From positions 480,001 through 544,000 of the forward strand of contig JBGASG010000002.1 of the NCBI GenBank assembly GCA_044229845.1: DNA of 64,000 nucleotides, written 5' to 3'. The DNA comes from Candidatus Obscuribacteraceae bacterium. GTDB taxonomy: Bacteria > Cyanobacteriota > Vampirovibrionia > Obscuribacterales > Obscuribacteraceae. The notes below the pieces were generated by a model. The model ran no database searches. It saw nothing but the letters and a program-made list of their open reading frames with translations, and was not told the origin of the DNA. Numbering within the stretch: position 1 is the first letter of the stretch; the number at the start of each line of letters is the position of its first letter. The position numbers and the translations under genes were made by a program. Of this stretch, positions 9,206 to 19,638 are shown piece by piece.

Positions 9206-10630
9206 TTAGAACTCGGCGTATTTCGGCGTACGCGGGAATGGAATCACGTCGCGAATGTTGCCCATACCAGTGACGAATTGCACGCAGCGCTCCAACCCCA
9301 GCCCAAATCCGGCGTGCGGCACAGTGCCGTAGCGGCGCAAATCGAGATACCACCAGTATTCTTCCGGATTCAATCCAGATTCGACCATGCGCTTTTCGAG
9401 AATATCGACGCGCTCTTCACGCTGGCTGCCGCCGATAATCTCGCCGACACCGGGTACCAGTACATCCATGGCGCGCACAGTTTTCTCGTCTTCGTTCATG
9501 CGCATGTAGAAAGCTTTGATTTCGCGCGGGTAGTCGGTGACAATCGTCGGCCGCTTGAACTTCTGCTCGGTGAGATAACGCTCGTGTTCGGTTTGCAGAT
9601 CAATCCCCCACTTGACCGGAAACTCGAACTTCTCGCCGCAAGACTCGAGAATTTTCACAGCTTCCGTATAAGAAACGCGCTCGAACTCTTTGTCGACAAT
9701 GCCTTTCAATCTATCGAGCAAAGTATTGTCGATGCGCTCGTGGAAAAACTCCATGTCGCTCGTGCAGTTGTTGAGCACGTCGGAGAAGATGTGCTTGAGG
9801 AAAGCCTCGGCAAGGTCCATGTCACCTTCCAGGTCGCAGAAGGCGCATTCCGGTTCGACCATCCAGAACTCAGCCAGGTGCCGGCTGGTGTTGGAGTTTT
9901 CAGCACGGAACGTTGGTCCGAATGTGTACACATCGCTGAATGCAGTGGCAAAAGTTTCGGCCTCGAGTTGTCCGCTGACTGTCAAATTAGTCGGGCGTCC
10001 AAAAAAGTCTTCTTCGAAATTGACCTCAGACGGATTGTCTTCCCGTCTCGGTGCATTCAATAGATCGAGCGTCGTCACTTTGAACATTTGTCCGGCGCCT
10101 TCGCAATCGGAGGCGGTGACGATGGGAGTCTGCACGTAAACAAACCCGCGCGACTGGAAGAAGTCGTGGATCGAACGACAGACTTCGTTGCGCACCCGGA
10201 AGACGGCGCCGAAGGTGTTGGTGCGCGGACGCAAGTGAGCAATCGTGCGCAGGAACTCCATCGATGTACCCTTCTTTTGAAGGGGGTAGGTGGCAGGATC
10301 TGAAAAGCCGAAAACTTTGACCGACTCAGCCTTCACTTCGGTCGCCTGTCCTTTGGCCGGCGATTCCACAATTGTGCCGATCACCTCGACACTACTGCCT
10401 ACTCCCAACTTGAGAATCTCGTCTTCGTAGTTGGGCAGTTTGGCTTCCGCCATCACCTGCACGCCTTTCATCGACGAGCCGTCGTTGAGATCGATAAATG
10501 AAAAGCCGCCCTTCGAGTCGCGGCGGGTTCTCACCCATCCGCACAAACGCACTTGTTTGCCGACATTTTCTGCCAGCAATGCGTCTTTGACTCTGGTTCG
10601 CGATTTCAATGTGTCTTTCAGATCCAGCAT
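9206..10630 (-). CDS. asnS: Asparagine--tRNA ligase
   Basis: OB fold 'GWVRTRR', 'LTVSGQL', '[23 protein letters not shown]', '[11 protein letters not shown]'. Confidence 0.97.
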   Translation of the reverse strand: MLDLKDTLKSRTRVKDALLAENVGKQVRLCGWVRTRRDSKGGFSFIDLNDGSSMKGVQVMAEAKLPNYEDEILKLGVGSSVEVIGTIVESPAKGQATEVKAESVKVFGFSDPATYPLQKKGTSMEFLRTIAHLRPRTNTFGAVFRVRNEVCRSIHDFFQSRGFVYVQTPIVTASDCEGAGQMFKVTTLDLLNAPRREDNPSEVNFEEDFFGRPTNLTVSGQLEAETFATAFSDVYTFGPTFRAENSNTSRHLAEFWMVEPECAFCDLEGDMDLAEAFLKHIFSDVLNNCTSDMEFFHERIDNTLLDRLKGIVDKEFERVSYTEAVKILESCGEKFEFPVKWGIDLQTEHERYLTEQKFKRPTIVTDYPREIKAFYMRMNEDEKTVRAMDVLVPGVGEIIGGSQREERVDILEKRMVESGLNPEEYWWYLDLRRYGTVPHAGFGLGLERCVQFVTGMGNIRDVIPFPRTPKYAEF

Positions 10631-10644
10631 GAGGAAACTCCGAC

Positions 10645-11283
10645 TTACTTCTTGCGAATGACAAAGATGCCGTCGCGCACCGGCAGCAACACGCGGTCGA
10701 CGCTTGTATCGGCAGCGACGAATTCATTTAACGCGGCAATCGCCTTGCCGTCCTCATCTTTGGGGCTCAAAACCGATCCGCCCCAGAGAACGTTGTCGAC
10801 ACAGATTACGCCGCCGCTGCGCACCAGTGGCAATACCGCTTTGTAATAGTTGAGATAGTTGGTCTTGTCGGCATCGATGAAGACGACATCGAACGGTGCC
10901 TGCAGACTTTCGATCGTATCCAGACCGGCACCTTGCTTGATGGTGATCTTCTTGCCATGGGGGCTGCGATCAAAATACGACTGCGCGATTCTGATCACTT
11001 CCGGATCGATCTCGCAGGTGATCAGCTCTCCGCCTTCAGGCAAACCTTCGGCCATAGACAGGGCTGAATAGCCCGTGAACATGCCGACTTCCAGGACGCG
11101 TTTGGCACCGGTGATCTGCACCAGCAGTTTCAAGAACCGCCCTTCTATGGGACCACAAAGCATCTGTGGCATCGTGGTGCGTTTATAGGTCTCTTCCACA
11201 AGTTCTTTGAGCAGGTTGCCGGTCGGTTCCGACTTCGCAACGGCGTATTCTTCGATTTCTTTGTCGACCAGCGTGATGACCAT
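10645..11283 (-). CDS. Class I SAM-dependent O-methyltransferase (caffeoyl-CoA OMT-like)
   Basis: '[13 protein letters not shown]', 'FIDADK', 'VDNVLWGG'. Confidence 0.9.
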   Translation of the reverse strand: MVITLVDKEIEEYAVAKSEPTGNLLKELVEETYKRTTMPQMLCGPIEGRFLKLLVQITGAKRVLEVGMFTGYSALSMAEGLPEGGELITCEIDPEVIRIAQSYFDRSPHGKKITIKQGAGLDTIESLQAPFDVVFIDADKTNYLNYYKAVLPLVRSGGVICVDNVLWGGSVLSPKDEDGKAIAALNEFVAADTSVDRVLLPVRDGIFVIRKK

Positions 11284-11432
11284 CTTGCTCTCTCCTCATG
11301 GCGGACGAAACTATCAAAATGTCTGCTGGTTATACCAGATCGGGCTCGCCATGGGACGAGAGCAGCCGTCTATCTTGACAGCGACCTTTGATGAACGTCT
11401 GAAAACCTCGCCTGGCTGCGGTTTGTAGTAAG

Positions 11433-12863
11433 ATGCCCGAAGAAAGAGGTCGTTACCAAATGGAGATGAGAGCAGACCACATCGGTCCTCTGGACATGTT
11501 TAAGATCGGCGTCGGTCCGTCCAGCTCGCACACGGTCGGACCGATGATTGCCGCTCTGGAGTTTCGCAAGCGGGCGCTCGACCAGGGCATAGCGATTGCC
11601 GGCGGCAGACTGAAAGTCGAATTGTTCGGCAGCCTTTCGGCGACCGGTCGCGGACACGCCACCGACGGAGCGGTCTGCGCGGGGATTTCCGGGTTGCATC
11701 CGCGCACGGCAATGCCGGATGACATCTGGGCCGTGATGCCCGCTCTGGAAGCCGATCCTCGTCTTGATTTTGAGGAGGTCGGCGCCGGGCAGATGATTGC
11801 CTTCCAGCCCCAGACCGACATCATCTGGGCGGGTTGGTTTCTTGACGACAAGCCTCTACCCCATCCAAATACGCTTCGCTTTCGCCTCCTGTCGGCCGGC
11901 GGAGAAATCGAGTTCGAGCAAATCACAGTTTCGGTCGGCGGCGGTTTTATAGAACAGGTGAATGCCGAAACACTGAAGCGCATAACGCCTGAAACTCAGT
12001 CGGTGCGTTTGAAGCTGCCTCACCCTTATAACAGCGCTCAAGAGTTTCTCGAGCAATGCGAGAAGAGCGGATTGCTGCCGTGGGAGCTGGTTTTAGCCAA
12101 TGAAAAGGCGCGCGGATTTGAGCCGGAGACTTTGAGAGGGCAGCTGCGCGAAATTCTGGAAACCATGGAAAACTCCATACAGCGCGGCTTGAGCACCAAC
12201 GGCATTTTGCCAGGCGGTCTGAACGTCAGGCGACGCGCCAAGGAGCTGTACCAGCAGATGCAAGCCGGCAAGCAACCGGGCTGGTCCGGCAATGACCTGC
12301 GCCCCTCGGTTTACGCCATGGCAGTCAATGAAGAAAACGCTGCCGGCGGGCGCGTGGTCACAGCACCAACCAACGGCTCGTCCGGCATCATTCCTTCTGT
12401 ATGGCGAACGCTGCGCGAATCCAACGATCTTAGCAACGACACTCTCGTGAACGGACTGCTGGTCGCATCGGTGATCGGCGCGCTGGTGAAGACCCATGCC
12501 TCCATAAGTGGTGCCGAGGTCGGCTGCCAGGGTGAAGTCGGGACTTCATGCGCAATGGCTGCCGCCGGCGCCGTCGCCATGCTGGGCGGCAATGCCCAGC
12601 AAATTGAACAAGCCGCCGAGATCGGCATCGAGCACCACTTAGGAATGACGTGCGACCCGATCAAGGGACTGGTGCAGATTCCCTGTATCGAACGCAACGC
12701 GATGGGGGCGGTAAAAGCTCTCAATGCCGCGGCCCTCTCGTTGGCTTCCGACGGCACGCATTTGATCAGTCTCGATCGAGCGCTCGAAGTTATGAAGCAG
12801 ACCGGACTCGACATGAACCAGAAATACAAAGAAACGGCGACCGGCGGATTGGCGCTGGGATGA
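11433..12863 (+). CDS. sdaA: L-serine ammonia-lyase (Fe-S type)
   Basis: 'GVGPSSSHTVGPM', 'SGAEVGCQGEVG', 'TCDP..GLVQIPCIERN', 'KYKETATGGLA'; start could be 11460 or 11466. Confidence 0.95.
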   Translation: MPEERGRYQMEMRADHIGPLDMFKIGVGPSSSHTVGPMIAALEFRKRALDQGIAIAGGRLKVELFGSLSATGRGHATDGAVCAGISGLHPRTAMPDDIWAVMPALEADPRLDFEEVGAGQMIAFQPQTDIIWAGWFLDDKPLPHPNTLRFRLLSAGGEIEFEQITVSVGGGFIEQVNAETLKRITPETQSVRLKLPHPYNSAQEFLEQCEKSGLLPWELVLANEKARGFEPETLRGQLREILETMENSIQRGLSTNGILPGGLNVRRRAKELYQQMQAGKQPGWSGNDLRPSVYAMAVNEENAAGGRVVTAPTNGSSGIIPSVWRTLRESNDLSNDTLVNGLLVASVIGALVKTHASISGAEVGCQGEVGTSCAMAAAGAVAMLGGNAQQIEQAAEIGIEHHLGMTCDPIKGLVQIPCIERNAMGAVKALNAAALSLASDGTHLISLDRALEVMKQTGLDMNQKYKETATGGLALG

Positions 12864-12876
12864 ACCTAAAAACTGC

Positions 12877-12905
12877 TTGACATGTGAGATTTATTCAACT
12901 ATCCT
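12877..12905 (+). promoter_or_regulatory. Sigma70-type promoter
   Basis: TTGACA-N17-TATCCT. Confidence 0.65.
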
Positions 12906-13001
12906 CCTAGCTGGACTAAGTTCCCCCCACCCAAAGTCCATTTACTAGGAAACTCCACGCGCTTGTTCACGCTCCGCCTCCGGAGGGTGAAATATCGGAC
13001 T

Positions 13002-13940
13002 ATGGCTGAAGAAAATAACAGCAGCAGCGCCGCCAACTCAACGCCACAAGAGCGTTGTGATATCACTTTCTCTCTAGCTATCAAGCGTGAGGGAAGACAG
13101 ATCACGCACACTTTCGATGTCGATGTTGAAACCGACTTCACTCGAGTTGAGTCCGTCGACTCCACAGCCCCGACGCGACGTGTCGTCGATCAGCGCCCCG
13201 AAGTCCGCACGGAGCGCTTTTATGATTTGCGCGGCCAGCGGGAGGTGCTGAACCGCGAGACGACCCGCGCGCAGGACGGCCAGTGGATCACGCGCGAAGT
13301 TATGCACGACGGCGGCAATGTCAGAGCCGACCGCATCACGGTCGCCACCAGATATGGTGTGCCGCTGCACTCCACAGAGCGACATCTGAGTGCCAACCGG
13401 GTGATTTTCGAAGCCGTCACCACATACACCGTCGAGGGCGGCGCCAACACTACGATCAAGAAATACTTCGACTTCGAAGGCGGGCACCTGACGCGCACCG
13501 AAAACATTCTCTGGCATCCATCGGGCACGGCCGCCGTCAGCGAGATCAGCTGCTATGACGCCGCCGGCAGCGAACGACAGTTCTCCAAAATCATTCACGA
13601 CGACATGGGCATTCACCGCTGGGAAGAACGCACCACATTCAGTGGCGGCTCCCACAATATTCCGCTGGCTCAAGAGATTATTTTGTACAACCGGTCCGGC
13701 AAAGAAGCTTATCGCGATGCGGTTTACTACGACCAGTGCGGACAGGTCGCCCAGCGCGTTTCGGACTTCGTCTCCAATCTGCAGCAGATAGCCGAAAATG
13801 CCCAGGCGCCGCGAGTGAGCGATCCTGACGCCACTCCCACCATCGCCCAGAAGGTTATCGTGCAGCCCTCTTCGACGCCGCAGCCACCGGCACGCAATCA
13901 AGAAGACACCGAAGCTAAACAGTTGAAGCGCGTCAATTAA
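13002..13940 (+). CDS. Hypothetical protein with YD/RHS-like beta-hairpin repeats
   Basis: Recurrent 'YDAAG', 'HDDMG', 'YNRSG', 'YDQCG', 'FDFEG' turns; GGAGG upstream of ATG 13002. Confidence 0.55.
   Translation: MAEENNSSSAANSTPQERCDITFSLAIKREGRQITHTFDVDVETDFTRVESVDSTAPTRRVVDQRPEVRTERFYDLRGQREVLNRETTRAQDGQWITREVMHDGGNVRADRITVATRYGVPLHSTERHLSANRVIFEAVTTYTVEGGANTTIKKYFDFEGGHLTRTENILWHPSGTAAVSEISCYDAAGSERQFSKIIHDDMGIHRWEERTTFSGGSHNIPLAQEIILYNRSGKEAYRDAVYYDQCGQVAQRVSDFVSNLQQIAENAQAPRVSDPDATPTIAQKVIVQPSSTPQPPARNQEDTEAKQLKRVN
13346..13359. repeat. Dispersed 14-bp quasi-palindrome copy
   Basis: CACCAGATATGGTG, intragenic. Confidence 0.8.
13631..13644. repeat. Dispersed 14-bp quasi-palindrome copy (variant)
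   Basis: CACCACATTCAGTG, intragenic. Confidence 0.55.
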
Positions 13941-14012
13941 CGACCGGTTTGCGCTCACTTCTCGACTCCCAGCGATCCGGCTAAAATAGAGCCACTGGAG
14001 TTGGAGTTGCCA

Positions 14013-14834
14013 ATGGCAGAAGGTCCTACCCTTCAAGAATTGTTCGACCGATATGTGGGCACCGTGCTGGCTAAACAAGCCGCGCTGGCAGACACTGCGC
14101 CGTCGCCTTTCTGGGAGTGGAAGTTGTTCGAGAAAGAAGGCTTTGGCATGGTGAACATTCCAGGGCTGGGCGAGTTCGAGATGCAGTTCATCGGCTCGGA
14201 GAGTTTCGTCAGTAACACTTGGCTGCATGGCTGGTCAAACAACTCCGTGCCGGATGGATTTGTCAGAGCCTCCTCCAGCTATTCCGATCATTTCGATTCG
14301 GAGGTGCTTTTCACCGAATCGCAGTTGCCGCTGGATGTAGTCAACGGCGACTTCTTCTGCGTGATTGGCTGCGAGATGTTAGGTGCCTCTGCCTATGTCG
14401 CATTGCCAAATAAAGACAACAAAGGCGATGGCTTCTGGTTGTTGTTCGACCTGCCATTGATCAATTTTCGGCCGACCCCACTTAATCGCATCAACACAGT
14501 CTTCGCTATGATGGATGAGTCGACGCAGATCATCGATCGGCCGACCGCAATGCGTGAGTTTTTGATCCGCGACGGCTTCGCTTATGCCTCTCACGAACAC
14601 GATGCCGGCTTTACCGAAACATTCACGGCCGACGGCAGAGTGGTTAAGTTCGAGTACAAACAATCGGAAGACGAAAACGGCGTTTTCTATACTTTCACGC
14701 GCAACTACGAAATCAGTGACGACGACCTGGCGATCGAGCCGCAGCACGAATCTGTCGAGCAAAACTGGAACAGCCTGATTCGGGCGCCGCTCAGCCGTCC
14801 TGTCCAGCTGGACTATCGTCCGTCTAAGGTTTAG
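14013..14834 (+). CDS. DUF6882-like protein
   Basis: 'FIGSESFVSNTWLHGWSN' resembles the DUF6882 signature; acidic protein. Confidence 0.6.
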   Translation: MAEGPTLQELFDRYVGTVLAKQAALADTAPSPFWEWKLFEKEGFGMVNIPGLGEFEMQFIGSESFVSNTWLHGWSNNSVPDGFVRASSSYSDHFDSEVLFTESQLPLDVVNGDFFCVIGCEMLGASAYVALPNKDNKGDGFWLLFDLPLINFRPTPLNRINTVFAMMDESTQIIDRPTAMREFLIRDGFAYASHEHDAGFTETFTADGRVVKFEYKQSEDENGVFYTFTRNYEISDDDLAIEPQHESVEQNWNSLIRAPLSRPVQLDYRPSKV

Positions 14835-16534
14835 GCGCCGGCGGAGATTACCGTGTCTTGCGGCGTGCTCATGTGGCGCTTAATCGAATCCATCATGAAA
14901 TCCCAGGAGCGCTGACGTGAGTCGAACACCGTCGGCGAGAGCGGGATGCCCATAAACCACTGCAAGAGATTATGTTTCGCCTGCGCACCATTAATGGCGT
15001 GCGGTCCGTTCTTTTCAATCAGTTCGGTGACACGCGCGTTGCCTTCGACAGCTCGGAAGTCGCGCCGGAAGTAAGCTGGAGCTTCAGTCGTCATTGGCGC
15101 GCTGCTGTTGTTGCTCTCCGCCCAGTATGGTGCCTGGCGGCGCGGCGTCGATTCGCCGGCATTTTCCAAAAGCGCTGTAAACAAGCTTCTGCCGCCATTG
15201 AGGGGCAAGACTCTGTCGTTGGTGCCATGAATTACCAGTGCATCAAGGGGATGGCGGCCCATAGCCGCGTTCATCACTTGCTCGTCAAATTTATCCATGG
15301 TGCCGTGCAAAGTAGCCAGCGTCGAGACTTCAGGCGTGTTGGCGGCGATACGGTTTGCCATCTTGCCGCCCAGAGAAAAACCGCTGACTGCATAATTGCT
15401 GGTGTTGGCCGTCGGCACGTGTTGTGAAATCACACCCATCATGTCACGGAACGCCACTTGATCGCTATACAAAGGATCCTGTTTCGTGTAACCGAAATTG
15501 GTATCGTTCCAGCTCTGCACGTCACCTGTGAGCGGCCCGTGACGACCGTTTCTTGCATGCAGATATGCCACCACGGCGCCATCTTGATCGGCGAGGCGAT
15601 TGTATTCCAGCTCGCGAATTATTCCTTGCGATCCATTTTTGGGATTCAGTCCGTGCAAGAAAGTAACCAGCGGAGCCTGCTGCCCTTGCGTGGCGCCTTC
15701 AGAGACGTAGAGGTTGAAATTCCGCGTGGCGCCTTGACTGTCATAACTGATGTTGTAGTGTCCCGGTGCCAGCGTCTCGCCGGGTTTCAGATCGGCGGCA
15801 TTGATGTTTTGCACGTCTTTAAATTGCCAGGGTCGATCGGCTTCCCAGGCTCGCGCCGCCGCTTTCGCTTCCTGCATTTCACCAAGTTTGAATCCAGCGG
15901 TGTGGAAAGCTGAGCCCATGGCCATCCAGGTGGCGGTGCCCAAAGCCAAATCGGAAAGTGATGCATTTTGACCCGTGCTGATCAACGAATTGGCTTCGGT
16001 GTTGACGGCGCCCGTGACACCATTGGCGATGGCAACGCGCGTGAGGCTGCCGGCAAAAGTTTTTTCACCGAGACTGCTCACCCCGGGCAGTCGTCCCGCC
16101 AGACGTGGACCGAATTCCAGCATGCCCATGGTGCTCAGTCCCAGACCGGTATTCCAGACTCGGGTCATACCATCTTGTCCCGGTTGCAGCGGCATCGTCA
16201 TGCCGACTAAGCCACCAGCTGTGATACTAGCAATTTTGCCTTCGGCGAGTCCGCCGATGATCGGAATTTTCTTGGCTAACACACTGACGCCCAGAAACAA
16301 TCCGGCGTCACCGACGAAGCGTCCGAATTTGCCGGCGGTCGTGAGATTTTCCTGGTAGGAGAGGTCCACATTGGCACCGGTCATCTGGCGCACGCCGTCG
16401 AAGTGGGCTCGCGGGGCGCCGCCGACTCCACTCAGGAAGTCCATGATCAGACCGTCCGAATGCGGCTCGCCGGCCTGCACTGGCTCTCCGTATGCACGCA
16501 TTTGCAGATCTTGAAAGGTTTCTTGAACTCCCAT
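14831..16534 (-). CDS. Protein with Gly-rich hydrophobic N-terminal segments fused to an LpqC/PHB-depolymerase-like alpha/beta esterase
   Basis: 'LVTFLHG', GFSLGG nucleophile, 'IHGTNDRVLP', 'GPHAING'; ATG 16534 with GAGG upstream. Confidence 0.75.
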   Translation of the reverse strand: MGVQETFQDLQMRAYGEPVQAGEPHSDGLIMDFLSGVGGAPRAHFDGVRQMTGANVDLSYQENLTTAGKFGRFVGDAGLFLGVSVLAKKIPIIGGLAEGKIASITAGGLVGMTMPLQPGQDGMTRVWNTGLGLSTMGMLEFGPRLAGRLPGVSSLGEKTFAGSLTRVAIANGVTGAVNTEANSLISTGQNASLSDLALGTATWMAMGSAFHTAGFKLGEMQEAKAAARAWEADRPWQFKDVQNINAADLKPGETLAPGHYNISYDSQGATRNFNLYVSEGATQGQQAPLVTFLHGLNPKNGSQGIIRELEYNRLADQDGAVVAYLHARNGRHGPLTGDVQSWNDTNFGYTKQDPLYSDQVAFRDMMGVISQHVPTANTSNYAVSGFSLGGKMANRIAANTPEVSTLATLHGTMDKFDEQVMNAAMGRHPLDALVIHGTNDRVLPLNGGRSLFTALLENAGESTPRRQAPYWAESNNSSAPMTTEAPAYFRRDFRAVEGNARVTELIEKNGPHAINGAQAKHNLLQWFMGIPLSPTVFDSRQRSWDFMMDSIKRHMSTPQDTVISAGA

Positions 16535-16689
16535 GGTGTCCTCAAAGGGGTGCCACGCCACCCGTGGTTGTGGGTGTCGCTTGGTGCGGGCATGTGGGTA
16601 ACTTTCAGTATCCTCAAGCACGGGGTTATGCGCAATGGGGGTTCTCCCACACGCTGTATTTCATCCCGAAGCAGTCACAGGTTTTATGT

Positions 16690-17460
16690 TTAGCGGTAGG
16701 CGATCGTGCGCTTACGTTGCCGGTGCTGCACAACTTTATACGAGTCGCCGCTGCGACCGGCTGGCGCAGTATAGAGTGCATCGCTGCCGCCCATGACCGG
16801 CGGCGCCGGTGTATAGGCAGATCCGGCGTAGAACATTTCGTTCGCTGCGGCAGCGGCACCTGGTCCGGCTGGAATTGGAGCAACGGCGGCAATGCTCTGC
16901 CCGAAGTAGGGATTGGACTGCGTCAGCATCGCCGTTGGAATCGGCACCGTTGGCGGTGGCGGAGGCACAAGCCCGGTCGGCGGCGGTGGCGGCACCAGCC
17001 CGGAGGCAATTCTCGGTTTTCTGGGCGCGGGAGCCGGACTCTGCACGAGAGGTTGGACCGGTGAGACCTGGCTGTTGATCTGCCAGTTCGCCAGTCCACT
17101 GGCGGCATTAGGCTGGAACATCGCCGGATCGGGACGGGGCAATCCGATGGCTGCCGGAATTGGCGCGGTCAGCATGGGCGGGAGAGCGGCTGCCACCGCC
17201 ACCTGTTTGGGCGCAGCCGGGGCGGCAACCACAAAGTCATCGGACTGAATCCTCTGAGCGGTCGCCCGCATGTCCGCTTCGCGATTGACGGACTGGCAGA
17301 CCAGAAGAGCGATCCAGGTGGAGAGCAAGGCTGAAAGATAAATTCCGGGATGGACGGTCAAAATTCGCTTGGTCAAGGACCAAACTGCATCAAACGACAG
17401 CAGCTGTACATTTCCAGCCACCAAAAGAAACCTGTCTGCAACCGATCCGACTAGCGGCAT
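16690..17460 (-). CDS. Hypothetical Pro/Ala-rich protein with one TM segment
   Basis: 256-aa ORF filling the gap; TM 'GIYLSALLSTWIALLVC', poly-Pro runs. Confidence 0.55.
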   Translation of the reverse strand: MPLVGSVADRFLLVAGNVQLLSFDAVWSLTKRILTVHPGIYLSALLSTWIALLVCQSVNREADMRATAQRIQSDDFVVAAPAAPKQVAVAAALPPMLTAPIPAAIGLPRPDPAMFQPNAASGLANWQINSQVSPVQPLVQSPAPAPRKPRIASGLVPPPPPTGLVPPPPPTVPIPTAMLTQSNPYFGQSIAAVAPIPAGPGAAAAANEMFYAGSAYTPAPPVMGGSDALYTAPAGRSGDSYKVVQHRQRKRTIAYR

Positions 17461-17702
17461 TTCCGTATCCCGAGAAACCAGTTAATTCTACTGGAGTAGC
17501 CACTTTCCGACGTTTCAGTGAGACAATATTTAGCACACAAATTTGCGCATCAGACGCCAGCGGCGGCTTTCAAGACTTAGCGGCGCGAGATTTGGGAGGC
17601 TTTTGGGGCAGGCCGGAAGCACACGCCTTTTCGCCTGAAACCTTGGCAAGCGCGACTTTTGAAGCCAGTCCGGGAATGATACGTTAAACCGGTACATATA
17701 AC

Positions 17703-17731
17703 TTGACAACGAAGGTCTGAGAGCCGAGAAT
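17703..17731 (+). promoter_or_regulatory. Putative sigma70 promoter of peptidase cassette 1
   Basis: TTGACA-N17-GAGAAT. Confidence 0.5.
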
Positions 17732-17832
17732 TACCCTACCCACGCCCTCCTGGTCTACATAAGCTCGCTTACCAACCGTCATGCCCCCGGCGCATTTGCA
17801 GCGCTTTAATCCAGACGAGCAATTACTAGAAA

Positions 17833-19614
17833 ATGACTGAACCAGCATCCGACGCACCAGCAGCGAAACCGGCAGTAGTTAAAGACGGAGGCGATGCGCC
17901 GCCCGTCCAAGAGGTGGTTGCAGATACCTCTCGCGGTGGACTGTCATCCAACTCACTGGAGCCCGGCGACAGAGAACGCCTGGCCTCGCTGAGCGCCAGA
18001 CCGACAGACATCAAATTGCCCACCGACGGCAAGCTAAATCTGGGCGAGCCCGATCCGTTTGCGTCGGTCGAGCGTGGCGGAATGGCCATGGCGGCCAGAC
18101 CCGGGGAGAAACGCAACCCGACCACCGGCGCGCCCGAAGGACCCAAACCTGAGTTCAAAACCACCGCCGAACAGGTCAACAACATCCCAACCGGCGACGG
18201 AAAAGTCACAGAGCGGAAGCTGGTGAATGAGAATCGTTCGTTGGAAGGAAAATCGCCTGACGAAATCAAGGCCGCTTTTTCTGCTGAACGCGAGCGCCTG
18301 CTCAAAGACGTTTCTCCAGACAAATTGCAGTCAACCAAAGACGCAATGGCCGCTCTGGAAGATCCAAACCGTAAGCCTCCACTGTCGCAAGCCGAACTGG
18401 CTCGCATTTATAAAGCCACAAGCGATCTGATTGAAGGCAAAGACGGCAAGCAGCCACCTGTATTAAATGATCAGCAACGCCAATTGATGGCCGCCGGCAT
18501 TTTAGACAACGTCGCACATACAAAGGATATCGACCAGGGTTTCAACTCCACGTGCCAAGTCACCGCTATGGAAGAAAACATGGCGACCAAAGACGCGGCA
18601 GCTTACGCCGAGATGATGTCGGACCTGGGACGAAACATGCAGGCTGCCGGAAAGTTGCACGGACGCGACGTTGTGTCGTGGCAAGCACCGAACGGCCAGA
18701 CCGTCATTATGGACAAGCAGAGCGTCATGCCCGACCGCGAAGCTCTCAACGGTCAAGTTGACGGGCAACGCAACTACTCCAGCCAGATGTTCGACAATAT
18801 GATCGTCAACCAGTTCTGGCAGAGCAAAGCGCCTGGCTCACTCTATCTCAAGGACAGCCCCTCTCAACCTGGCGACACAGGCGAGCGGCTGCTCGATTCG
18901 CAAGGCAACGTCAGAGGTGACTCTCCAGGACTCGTTGCCACCCAATTGGCAGAGATGGGTCGCAACCTCGGCTTGGGCAGCAAAGACAAGCCATTCATGA
19001 TTACTAACGCCAACGACGGCAGCTACAACACAGACGGCGTCGCCCGCGTGGGCTCAGAAGCAGATCTGCAGAAGGTCCTCGACCAGGCCGATGCAAACGG
19101 CGGCTACCCGCTCATGATCATGGTGCACACCGGACATGCGATGTTCCGGGGCACCGAAAATATGGGTGGTGCCGGCGGCTGGCACATGGTCAGCATCACC
19201 GGCAAAAACCCGGACGGCACTTACCGTATGTCCAACCAGTGGGGTTCCGGTCAAGACCAGAACGTCAAAGTCGGCGACCTCTATCAAGCCACACGCGGAC
19301 CCGAACAGGGCGCAGAAGGCTACACCGGTCGCGGCACCAATCCGAACGGCGGTGGCGGCGGCAGCGACGGCGGCAACAATGGTGGCAACGGAAACGGCAA
19401 CAACAGCCACAAGGAAGGCATGTTGCCTGAGAAAGAAAACAAAGAGAAGGAGATGGCCAAGACCGGCAAAGAAGCCGACGAAGCCGCTCAACGTCAAATC
19501 GACGCCATCAAGGCCAAAATTGCCTCCCTCAAAGGACAAGCCGGTCACGAAGCCGAAATCATGAGCCTGGAAGGACAGATCACCATCCTGAGCAGCCAAG
19601 CGTACAGAAACTAA
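17833..19614 (+). CDS. Putative calpain/papain-like (clan CA) cysteine peptidase, cassette 1
   Basis: 'IDQGFNSTC' (Q235/C241), 'WHMVSITG' (H451), 'SNQWG' (N468) parallel the calpain QGxxxDC / HAYS / NPWG motifs. Confidence 0.7.
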   Translation: MTEPASDAPAAKPAVVKDGGDAPPVQEVVADTSRGGLSSNSLEPGDRERLASLSARPTDIKLPTDGKLNLGEPDPFASVERGGMAMAARPGEKRNPTTGAPEGPKPEFKTTAEQVNNIPTGDGKVTERKLVNENRSLEGKSPDEIKAAFSAERERLLKDVSPDKLQSTKDAMAALEDPNRKPPLSQAELARIYKATSDLIEGKDGKQPPVLNDQQRQLMAAGILDNVAHTKDIDQGFNSTCQVTAMEENMATKDAAAYAEMMSDLGRNMQAAGKLHGRDVVSWQAPNGQTVIMDKQSVMPDREALNGQVDGQRNYSSQMFDNMIVNQFWQSKAPGSLYLKDSPSQPGDTGERLLDSQGNVRGDSPGLVATQLAEMGRNLGLGSKDKPFMITNANDGSYNTDGVARVGSEADLQKVLDQADANGGYPLMIMVHTGHAMFRGTENMGGAGGWHMVSITGKNPDGTYRMSNQWGSGQDQNVKVGDLYQATRGPEQGAEGYTGRGTNPNGGGGGSDGGNNGGNGNGNNSHKEGMLPEKENKEKEMAKTGKEADEAAQRQIDAIKAKIASLKGQAGHEAEIMSLEGQITILSSQAYRN

Positions 19615-19638
19615 AGTGCGCTCCTGTAAAATCAGTTT

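Noticed and set aside
17825..17832. CTAGAAA as an alternative Shine-Dalgarno pairing with the 16S 3' tail
   Set aside because: It is complementary to the tail, but spacing to the start codon is too short and differs between the two cassettes.
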